DNA of 64,000 nt from a virus, in the IMG/VR virus record IMGVR_UViG_3300031951_000060, positions 1 through 64,000 of that record; one strand, 5' to 3'. Made by a program: the position numbers and the translations under genes. Shown piece after piece: positions 28,332 through 37,400 of this stretch. Below the pieces are notes generated by a model that saw nothing but the letters and a program-made list of their open reading frames with translations, was not told where the DNA came from and ran no database searches. Each line of letters opens with the position of its first letter. Positions within the stretch are counted from its first letter, which is position 1.

Positions 28332-29456
28332 ATGTCGGAAGAGATTAAGAAAAACCAGCCAGGAGAAACTGGCGAACTAGGCGGAACCGCACCTGGTCTA
28401 TACCAGGGACAAGGCGCTTTCGCTTCAGGTGGCGTTGGTGGTGTAACAGATCCAGGTGCAAATACACTTGGCAACATCCCTAATGCTAACTTTGGTGTTA
28501 CCACTGGTCCTAATGCCGTTAACCCTTCGGGTGATGCTGCAAGCGGAATCCTACGCCCTGAACAGGCACGTCGTTTTATTGACTACGTTTGGGATGCTAC
28601 CGTTCTCGCCCAAGATGGTCGTCGTGTGACGATGAGAGCAAACACCATGGAACTTGAGAAGATCAATGTTGGTGAACGTGTTATCCGTGCAGCCTCACAG
28701 GCAATCGGTGACTACACAAACACTGGCGCTCAGTTCTCTAAGGTAGAACTTACAACCAAGAAGATTCGTCTTGATTGGGAAGTTTCTGCTGAAGCACTAG
28801 AAGACAATGTCGAGGGGGCTGCATTAGAAGATCATCTCGTTCGCTTGATGACAAATGCATTCGCTAATGACATTGAAGATCTTGCTATCAATGGTGATGG
28901 TACAACAGCACCATTCCTTTCAATTATGCCTGGCTTCATCAAGAAGCACCAGACAAATGGAGACTCACATGAGGCAGCAATCACTGTTGCTGACAATGCC
29001 TGGACTCCAGAAAAAATGCAAGAGATTATCCTTGCCATGCCACGTAAGTACCGTGCACTTAAGAACAATCTTAAGTTCTATGCAGGTACAGATGCATTCG
29101 CAGGTATCGTTAAGAATAATGGTACATTGTCTGATGCAATCGCTGAGGCACTTGGTAAGAATGGTAATACCTATGCAAATACACAGGCATACCTTGATGG
29201 CCAAGGCCAAACTTTCGGTGGCGCACGTACAACTCGTGTCCTCGGAATTGATGTCCAAGAAGTTCCTTACTACCCAGATGGCTATGTCGATTTGACATTC
29301 CCACAAAACCGTGTATGGGGCTTCCAGCGTGATATCGTCGTTAACCGTGAATATGTTGCTAAGAAGGACACAATTGAATATACTGTGTTCGTTCGCTTCG
29401 GTATTCAATGGGAAGAAGAAGACGCTATTGCATGGGCAGACGCTACAGCAGATTAA
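28332..29456 (+). CDS. Major capsid protein (HK97 fold)
   Basis: GILRPEQARRFID, VELTTKKIRL.WEVS.EALEDN, DIEDLAINGD motifs; strong codon bias; AGGAGG SD; follows the protease gene. Confidence 0.9.
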   Translation: MSEEIKKNQPGETGELGGTAPGLYQGQGAFASGGVGGVTDPGANTLGNIPNANFGVTTGPNAVNPSGDAASGILRPEQARRFIDYVWDATVLAQDGRRVTMRANTMELEKINVGERVIRAASQAIGDYTNTGAQFSKVELTTKKIRLDWEVSAEALEDNVEGAALEDHLVRLMTNAFANDIEDLAINGDGTTAPFLSIMPGFIKKHQTNGDSHEAAITVADNAWTPEKMQEIILAMPRKYRALKNNLKFYAGTDAFAGIVKNNGTLSDAIAEALGKNGNTYANTQAYLDGQGQTFGGARTTRVLGIDVQEVPYYPDGYVDLTFPQNRVWGFQRDIVVNREYVAKKDTIEYTVFVRFGIQWEEEDAIAWADATAD

Positions 29457-29475
29457 TCTGTAAATAGCACCTTTT

Positions 29476-29516
29476 GAGAGGGGGTAGGGGCGAAATCTCC
29501 TCCCCCTCTTATCTTT
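29476..29516 (+). terminator. Intrinsic terminator after the capsid gene
   Basis: gagaggggg...tccccctctt GC-rich hairpin followed by T-rich sequence. Confidence 0.65.
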
Positions 29517-29554
29517 AGTATTCTGTTATAATAGTTCACATAGGAGGTTAAATA

Positions 29555-30055
29555 ATGGAAGAAAATAATTTAAATAATGAAGTAAGTGAAGTAGCAGTAG
29601 AAAGTTCTGTTGCTCCAGAAACTTCAGTTGAGTCACCAGTCATTGCAGAACCAGTTGTTGAGGCCCCTATGCCAGAGACTAAGGTTGAAGAAGTTGCAGC
29701 CGAAAATAGTATTCAGGCATCAGTAACTGAGGCACCAGAGGCTGTAGATGCAATTACTACATCAGACTTTAGCAGACCAAGTTCTGATACAGTTCAAGGT
29801 ATTGGATCTGTTGCTAATGGCGTAATTGGTGTTGCTGATAAGCCAAGACCAGTTAAGAAGGCTGCTCCTGCTGCAAAGGCAGCAAAAGAAGAAACAGTTG
29901 CCATTCATTCAACAAAGAATGTTAGTTGGTCTGGTGTAGGCAAAGTATATCGTGGATACAATATTGTATCAAAGTCTGCTGCTGAAAAGTGGTTGACAAG
30001 AAATCACGTTCGCATGGCCACCCCAGAAGAAGTAGCCAAGGAGTTTGGTCGCTAA
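29555..30055 (+). CDS. Hypothetical head-associated protein (acidic low-complexity N-terminus)
   Basis: Own TGTTATAAT promoter (29524-29532) and AGGAGG SD; lies between capsid and adaptor. Confidence 0.5.
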   Translation: MEENNLNNEVSEVAVESSVAPETSVESPVIAEPVVEAPMPETKVEEVAAENSIQASVTEAPEAVDAITTSDFSRPSSDTVQGIGSVANGVIGVADKPRPVKKAAPAAKAAKEETVAIHSTKNVSWSGVGKVYRGYNIVSKSAAEKWLTRNHVRMATPEEVAKEFGR

Positions 30056-30934
30056 ATGCAAATTTTGAGAGTTCCGCCATATGACTTAAGTGTTACACTT
30101 GATGTTTCTTCAGCAAGTGTAGTATATAACTACACAATTGTTGATATGGCGGACTCTTCAGAAATAATTGGCATAGCCACCTCAGACACCTTTAAAAAGG
30201 TTGTTATTCCACTTTCTTCAAAATACGATACTCAATATAAAGTCACGGTAGACGGAGAAGACACATATGTAGATGTAGTACGTCCATATGTCAATCCAAA
30301 CGATCATGGTAGCACAGCAAGTGAAATCGCAGCGTATGCTAGTAACGAAGAATTAGCAAGAGCAATCATAGACTCCGTATGCGATGTAGAATTTTATTAT
30401 AAGAAAAAAGTTTTAGAGACAACTGGCCTAGGTGTAGATTATATTCCAATTTGGGTAGATGCTAAAAAGGTTGTTAAGGTTTATGAAAATAACGTGCTGC
30501 TATATGATGAATCTGATTTGGAAAATGCAGTATCAGAGTTTGAAATTATTGCAGATGGATCTGCTATAACAATGAAATATTCAGATGCAATCAATAGAGA
30601 TGAATCTGCACGTATTCTTTTGCCAGCATCTCCAACAGATATTGCAGAGTTAGATTATTCTGCTAGAGGATTTCCAAAAGGATGGGACTACAGGATTACT
30701 CTTGAAGTAGGCTATAACAAAGTTCCAGAGGATATTAAGAGGGCAACTGAACTGTTAATTCATGATATTGAGTGTGGTAAATTAGATTATTATAAGAGAT
30801 ATATCAGCGCATATAATACAGATCAGTTTAGAATTCAGTTTGATAAGGCTATATTCCAAGGTACAGGTAATTTAATAGTAGATAAAATACTTGACAAGTA
30901 TAGAAAACCAATTGAGTTCGTCGGAGTACTATAA
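30056..30934 (+). CDS. Head-tail adaptor/connector
   Basis: ARAIIDSVC...GYNKVPEDIKRATELLI...ILDKYR pattern; synteny. Confidence 0.65.
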   Translation: MQILRVPPYDLSVTLDVSSASVVYNYTIVDMADSSEIIGIATSDTFKKVVIPLSSKYDTQYKVTVDGEDTYVDVVRPYVNPNDHGSTASEIAAYASNEELARAIIDSVCDVEFYYKKKVLETTGLGVDYIPIWVDAKKVVKVYENNVLLYDESDLENAVSEFEIIADGSAITMKYSDAINRDESARILLPASPTDIAELDYSARGFPKGWDYRITLEVGYNKVPEDIKRATELLIHDIECGKLDYYKRYISAYNTDQFRIQFDKAIFQGTGNLIVDKILDKYRKPIEFVGVL

Positions 30935-31383
30935 TGGTAATATGCGAAACTCCAGACTTCGCATTCCCAATGCAAGCAGATATATATCATCCTATAGTTG
31001 AACAAGGCGCTTACGGAAATATTAAAAAAACTTGGATATTGGACAGAACTATTGCATGTTCGTTTAATGCAGCAGGCACAGCATTTAAGGAAGAAGTACT
31101 TCCAAATATAAATATCACTCAAGATAAAATACTTCTTGGACGTGCAAAAACAGATATTCGTATTTCAAGTTTAGAGGCTAAAAATTCTATAACAAATGTT
31201 ATTATTACTAATATTCGTGATAAAAATTGTAATGAAATTTACTTAGAGACTTCTGGCCCACGTGCAGGCAAATCTACAATATTTGAAATTGCCACACAAG
31301 ACCCATTTACTGGTCCATTTGGAAATATTGAATATTATAAGTTAATTATTCGTAGATCAGAGAATCAGGCGGTAGATGTTTGA
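30934..31383 (+). CDS. Head closure/stopper protein
   Basis: Size and position after the adaptor; beta-rich. Confidence 0.5.
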   Translation: MVICETPDFAFPMQADIYHPIVEQGAYGNIKKTWILDRTIACSFNAAGTAFKEEVLPNINITQDKILLGRAKTDIRISSLEAKNSITNVIITNIRDKNCNEIYLETSGPRAGKSTIFEIATQDPFTGPFGNIEYYKLIIRRSENQAVDV

Positions 31384-32054
31384 TGAGAGTAGTTGTGGAT
31401 TCTAAAAGGTTTAAAATGGAAATGAATAAGATAATGGATTACTCTTTTGGATTTCTTGACGGTGTACAGAGAGGGAAAAAGGCTTTATACCTATCTCTTG
31501 GGCCAAAGATTGCAGAGTTAGCGTCTCAGTTTATTGACGCAAATGCTAGGATGTCGCCAGATTTACTGCATCATATATATGAGTGGGAGCAAACTGGAAG
31601 TCCAAAATCAAGGCTTTTTGATGTAGATTATACGATTAGTAATATTGGGATTACTTTTAAAACAACGCTTAAGCAGTCACAATCAATTAAAAAAGGATCC
31701 AGTGTTCCTTTTTACAATAAAGCATCAATTATGGAAAATGGCATAGCCGTAACAATAAAACCTAAAAAAGCAAAAGCATTAAAATTTGAGATAGACGGTC
31801 AAGAAATTTATACTTCAAGAGAAGTTCGTGTTGAAAATCCAGGTGGAAACACACAGGGACAATTTGAAAATGCAATAAATAACTTCTTTAATGTATATTT
31901 TAGACAATCATTTTTACGAGCAAGTGGACTACAAAATTACTTAAATTATCCAAAAGTTTACAGTAAAAATCTAAATGCTGGAAAGCGTGGCGGTAGATCT
32001 GTAGGAATTAAGACAGGATATCGCTGGGTAGCAAATGCAGGAGTTGCACTATGA
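31383..32054 (+). CDS. Tail completion/neck protein (HK97 gp10-like position)
   Basis: Basic protein with IKPKKAKALKF..DG motif; synteny. Confidence 0.5.
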   Translation: MRVVVDSKRFKMEMNKIMDYSFGFLDGVQRGKKALYLSLGPKIAELASQFIDANARMSPDLLHHIYEWEQTGSPKSRLFDVDYTISNIGITFKTTLKQSQSIKKGSSVPFYNKASIMENGIAVTIKPKKAKALKFEIDGQEIYTSREVRVENPGGNTQGQFENAINNFFNVYFRQSFLRASGLQNYLNYPKVYSKNLNAGKRGGRSVGIKTGYRWVANAGVAL

Positions 32055-32620
32055 CAATATCTTATCCTCCAATTTTTATAAATGAATATTTAAAAGAAAA
32101 ATTACCAATGACAGGCAGAGAGGCAATGCCATTTTTCCCCACGATGCCTACGGACATACATTCTTTGACAGAATCATTCCCAGACGGAATGTTTGCAGTT
32201 TTTGATAGAATGTTTAAAATGCGTAGGGGACCCTTTCCACATATTAAGTGTGAACAATTGCTATATTATTTTTATAAGGTAGATGGAGACCCAGAATTAT
32301 TAATTGAACATACTCAAAGAGTTCAGGACCTTCTAGATCGAGGAGATGAATCAGCACAAGAACTTAATTCTTGGATAAAGGGAAAACTATCCACGAATAA
32401 GTTATTTGAAATTGATAATAAACAATTTTTACCTATATATTTTCATGATATTAAAATATATCAATTGGAAGAAACAAGAGATATAATTGATTTTGGTACA
32501 GCCAGGACCTATGCTGGAAACAAATTAATTATAGATTTTGATTACCATACCATGGGCCATAAAAATCCTGATACGGGATTTCTTGACCCATTAAAATATA
32601 ATGGAACAATAATTTCATAA
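32051..32620 (+). CDS. Putative tail terminator
   Basis: Position immediately before the major tail gene. Confidence 0.45.
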   Translation: MTISYPPIFINEYLKEKLPMTGREAMPFFPTMPTDIHSLTESFPDGMFAVFDRMFKMRRGPFPHIKCEQLLYYFYKVDGDPELLIEHTQRVQDLLDRGDESAQELNSWIKGKLSTNKLFEIDNKQFLPIYFHDIKIYQLEETRDIIDFGTARTYAGNKLIIDFDYHTMGHKNPDTGFLDPLKYNGTIIS

Positions 32621-32686
32621 AAGGCCTGTATAATTATAGCGAGGAAACACGCCTTTTATTTCTATAGAAAAAAAGAGGTGAATTAA

Positions 32687-33304
32687 ATGGCATATACACG
32701 TGGAGATAGTACCCAAATCATCGTAGGTGCAGCAGCACTTTTTACGTATGAGGCAGGTCCACTACCAGAAGCAGGTGCTCTACCAGGGTACACTGCAGGA
32801 ACTTCTTACAAGGAAACACTTTCCACAGAAGAAGGCTTCCGTAACGTTGGTTATACAATGAACGGTCTTGAACTTCAGTTCCAACCAGACTTCGGCGAAG
32901 TACAGGTTGATCAGGTTCTTGACGTTGCCAAGTTGTTCAAGCAAGGTATGCAGGTTAACCTAAATACCACATTTGCTGAAGCAACATTGGAAAATCTTTT
33001 GTTCGCACTTGCAAGCAAGGATTCAAATCTCACAACGGTATCTGGTAATCCAACACTCAATCTTTCAGCAGGCGATATTGGCGAATGTCCAGTAGAGCGT
33101 GGTTTGGTTGCAGTTGGTCCAGGAACTGGCGATTGTGCTGACTCAGATTCGATTGAAAGAATCTACGTCGCATATCGTGCACTCTCAATTGAGAGCGTAA
33201 CAGTGGGTGCAAAGCGTGATGAGGCTACAATGTTTGAAGTTTCATTCCGTTTGCTACCAAATGATAACGCATCCTACGGTAAAATCGTAGATCGTTCTCT
33301 ATAA
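32687..33304 (+). CDS. Major tail (tube) protein
   Basis: NVGYTMNGLEL.FQPDF.EV.VDQ...TTFAEATLENL siphovirus tube pattern; highly biased codons; followed by a terminator. Confidence 0.8.
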   Translation: MAYTRGDSTQIIVGAAALFTYEAGPLPEAGALPGYTAGTSYKETLSTEEGFRNVGYTMNGLELQFQPDFGEVQVDQVLDVAKLFKQGMQVNLNTTFAEATLENLLFALASKDSNLTTVSGNPTLNLSAGDIGECPVERGLVAVGPGTGDCADSDSIERIYVAYRALSIESVTVGAKRDEATMFEVSFRLLPNDNASYGKIVDRSL

Positions 33305-33322
33305 TACAATTTAATAGCAGAT

Positions 33323-33350
33323 AGCCCAGTCTTAATTGGCTGGGCTTTTC
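33323..33350 (+). terminator. Intrinsic terminator after the major tail gene
   Basis: agcccagtc-ttaatt-ggctgggct followed by tttc. Confidence 0.75.
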
Positions 33351-33369
33351 TGTTTGGTATAATGGTTTT

Positions 33370-34059
33370 ATGCCTACTCAGATTTATGATAATACTATTG
33401 TTACCTTGATGGATGGTAGAGAGTTATATATTACACCGTTAAAAATAAAATATCTTAAGTTATTTATGCAAGAATTTCAAAATGTTAAGGCTGCAAAAAA
33501 TGATAGCGAAGCAATAGATGCTTTATGTTCTTGCACTACAATTATGATGAGACAGTATTGCCCAGAAATAAAAACACAAGAAGAATTAGAAGATAATATA
33601 GACATGCCAACAATATATAAAATATTAGAATACTCTGCTGGAATAAAAATAAATGATAAATCTGAAGAACCTGTAAAAGAGCAGGCGGAAAAGGGTGGGT
33701 CTTCTTGGGATGAGTTGGATTTAGCAGAATTAGAGTCAGAAGTATTTTTACTTGGAATTTGGAAAGATTACGATGAATTAGAATCTTCTATGTCTATGCC
33801 AGAATTAACAGCAACATTAAAAATAAAAAGAGATTTAGATTATCAAAATAAAAAGTTTTTGGCAGCAATGCAGGGTGTAGATTTAGATAAAGCAAGTGGC
33901 AAACAGGATGCATGGCAAGAAATGAAAGCAAGAGTGTTTAGTCAGGGCAAGGCAGCAAATGCGAAAGATGTATTAGCCCTACAAGGCGTAAATGCACAAA
34001 AAGCAGGGTTTGGAATAGGTATGGGTCTTGAGTATGAAGATCTAACCCAAAATAAATAG
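33370..34059 (+). CDS. Tail assembly chaperone, long (GT-like) form
   Basis: N-terminal ~100 aa homologous to ORF 34102, plus a C-terminal extension; lies between tube and tape measure. Confidence 0.65.
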   Translation: MPTQIYDNTIVTLMDGRELYITPLKIKYLKLFMQEFQNVKAAKNDSEAIDALCSCTTIMMRQYCPEIKTQEELEDNIDMPTIYKILEYSAGIKINDKSEEPVKEQAEKGGSSWDELDLAELESEVFLLGIWKDYDELESSMSMPELTATLKIKRDLDYQNKKFLAAMQGVDLDKASGKQDAWQEMKARVFSQGKAANAKDVLALQGVNAQKAGFGIGMGLEYEDLTQNK

Positions 34060-34101
34060 CCGTCTATGGTATAATTATTTCACTAACCTTAAGGAGGAAT
34101 A

Positions 34102-34428
34102 ATGGCCGAAAAGCCTTCCAATAAAAAAACAGTAACGCTGGTAGATGGAACAGAAATAGCAATCAGACCTTTGAAGTTGTCTTTGCTTAGACCATTTATG
34201 GTAAAGTTTGCTGATCTTGCATCAGTAAGCGATGATAACGATAAGTCAATGGATATTCTGCTTGAATGCGTACAAATTGCAATGAAGCAATATAAGCCAG
34301 AACTTGCAGAGGACAAAGAGCAGTTAGAAGAACTTCTTGATCTTCCAACTGTATATGAAATAGTAGATGCAGCATCTGGCATCCAAAACGCAGATGCAGG
34401 AGCAATGCTTAGTTCGCTAGGTAAATAA
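34102..34428 (+). CDS. Tail assembly chaperone, short (G-like) form
   Basis: VTLVDGTEIAIRPLKL...LDLPTVYEIVDAASG; AAGGAGG SD; directly before the tape measure. Confidence 0.7.
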   Translation: MAEKPSNKKTVTLVDGTEIAIRPLKLSLLRPFMVKFADLASVSDDNDKSMDILLECVQIAMKQYKPELAEDKEQLEELLDLPTVYEIVDAASGIQNADAGAMLSSLGK

Positions 34429-34452
34429 AAAATAAAAGAGGTGTCTTGAGAG

Positions 34453-37400
34453 TTGGCAGATGTAAATTCTAACATTAATATCAACTTTAATACTGCCGAC
34501 GCATTAGCACAGTTACGTAGGTTGCAGGCAGGCCTCAGCAGGTTTCATCAATCACTTGCTGAGGGCAACCTCGCTGCTGCTAACGCACAAAAAGGTCTCA
34601 ACGCTCAACTAGTTCAAGCAATAGGTGCCACTGGTAAATTTGCAGTAAGTCAAGCAAAAGTTGCCTCAAGCACCATGGCGTTTACAACCGCCTTAGAAAA
34701 AAATAAGTTTTCTTTACGTGAATATTATAGATACAGCATGGCTGCAGCAACAGCCAATACAAGAGTTCTAGGCAAGGCTTTTGCTCAAGAACGTGAAATT
34801 ATAAATCGTGCTCGTAGAGACAGAGTAAAGGCATTACAGGCGCAGTACATACAAATGTCTAAAGCCCAAGGTGGGTTTATTGACGCAATGCGTGTTATGC
34901 CAAGAACATTGATGATGGCAAATGGAAGATTTACAGAACTTGGAACAAGAATACAGTATGCAGCACAAAGACAGCAGTTCTTAAATCAGTTATTAAAACA
35001 GGGTTCTACTCAACTTTTAAATTTTGGTAAGAATACTCAGTGGGCTGGACGTCAGTTAATGGTCGGTCTCACTATACCACTTATGATGTTAGGTGGATAT
35101 GCTTCTAAAGCATTTAGAGAATTAGAGCAGGCTACATTAAAGTTTAGACGTGTTTATGGTGATGCCTTTACAAATGATACTGAGGTTGAGGCTGCAGTAC
35201 AAAATATAAGGAAACTTGCAGACGAATTTACTAAATATGGGGTTGCAGTAAAAGATACCGTAGAGATGGCTGCCACCGCAGCAGCAGCAGGTTTTTCTGG
35301 CAGAGCATTAGAGGAACAAGTTAAGACTGCAACAAAATTAGCCGTGCTTGGTCAGGTAGAACAGCAACAGGCTCTTGAAACAACCATATCATTGCAAAAT
35401 GCTTTTGGTCTTTCAACTGAAGAACTTGCAGAAAAAATTAACTTCTTGAACGCAGTAGAAAACCAAACTGTTGTTTCTATCGAAGATTTAACTATTGCTA
35501 TTCCAAAGGCTGCTCCTGTAGTTAAGCAACTAGGTGGATCTGTAGAAGATTTAGCATTTTTCCTTACAGCAATGAAGGAAGGTGGTATCAATGCCTCAGA
35601 AGGTGCAAACGCTTTAAAGTCTGGTCTCGCATCATTAATTAACCCAACTAAAAAAGCAAGCGCAATGCTCAAAGATATGGGTATTAATATTACAGGAATT
35701 GTTGAGGCTAACAAGGGTGATATCAAAGCAACAGTGGTTGGTTTTGCAAGAGCACTAGACACCTTAGATCCATTAAACCGTGCTCGTGCAATCGAACAAT
35801 TATTTGGTAAATTCCAGTTTGCTCGTTTATCTACACTATTCCAAAACGTAACTAAAGAGGGTACTCAGGCAGCAAGAGCATTTGATTTAGCAGGAGCATC
35901 CGTAGAAGAGTTGGCAATTCTATCTGAGCGAGAAATGAAGAAGGTAGAGGAGTCAGTAGGCGTTAAATTCCAGGCTGCTGTAGAGCAATTTAAACAAGAC
36001 ATTATGCCATTAGGAAAGGCATTTCTTGAAGCAGTTACTCCAATTGTTAAATTTTTTGGCAGTCTGTTTGAAAAATTCAATAAGTTAAGTGACAACACAA
36101 AGAAAGTAATAGCGATCATTGTTGGTGTTGTTGCTGGTTTAGGCCCAATAGTTCTCATGACTTTTGGTTTGCTGGCAAACGGTTTGGCAAATTTAATTAA
36201 ATTATTTGCGACAATTCGTGGAGGCATAGCCAAGTTAAATGGTCAGACAAATATCTTGGGTGCTGGTTTTAATTATGTTACACAGGAACAACTTGAGCAA
36301 CAAGCAGCAAGCCAGGCATTGCATAATACGCATACAAGATTAGTTGAAATATTTAATGTTGAAAAGTCTGCTGCTTTACAGTTAGCAGCAGCATATAGCA
36401 GTTTAAGTTCTCAGATGCGAAATATGGCTGCACAAAATCCAGCCCTTTTTGCTGGAGGTATGCGTGGTGCTGCAGGAGCAGTTTCCAAACTTCCAAAGTC
36501 TCCAAAGGGATACGAAGACGGAATTATTAGTGTTCCAGGTCCAAAAGGCGCTGGAGATGTTGTTCCTGCAATGCTGTCACCAGAAGAAGCAGTTATTCCA
36601 TCCGATAGAGCAAAGAAATATCGTGGACTAATTACTGCTATATTCCAAGATAAAGTTCCAGGATTTATGGCTGGAAGGCTTCCGTGGGGAAATGCACATC
36701 CAATAAAGCAATCTGGGGCTATAAATATTGGAATGCCAAAAAGTTTTAAAGATGTAACTCAATCAAGACAGATTGCAGATCAAATAGATAAAACGGTCAA
36801 GTCTGGCAAATTTGGTTCCATGCCACCAACAGACTTTGGAACATTAATCCAGCCATTCTCTGGTAGAAGTTTCCCGATCCGTGGAGTTGGCGGGGTATAT
36901 AGAAAGCCTAACGGAGAACTAGTAGTAGTAAAGCCTACAATGGATGAAAAGACTGCTTTAGCAGAATTAAGGGCTACCCAAATAGCAAGAGAGGCACATG
37001 GATTAATTGCTCCAAAACAGTCAATAAAAACTATGATTGACCCAACAGATGCAACAGGAAAAAGAAAAATAATTGTTTTAGAATCTCCTTACGACCCAAG
37101 AATTGCTGAAGCAACTGGCAAATTTACTAAAAAGGATATGATTTCTCAATTAGTTGCATCTACATTAAGAGCAGACAAAGACTTATCTCAGTCAAACGTG
37201 TCTGGCAAAGTGTTGGCAGATGTTGGTACTGCTGGTGTATTTGATAGAGCATCTGGATTTAGAGATTTTGCCAAAGCCCTACCATCTATGGAAGAGCAGG
37301 CAATGATTAATCTCCTTGGCGTAAAAGGTGGGGCAAAGAAGTTTTTTGCACAACAGACATCTGGCATAGCAGCAAAAATGAGTCCTAAACAGTATAATGA

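Noticed and set aside
33680-33700. GCGGAAAAG as a slippery site at the G/T junction of the long chaperone
   Set aside because: Not a canonical X XXY YYZ heptamer in frame, and the ORF is already continuous
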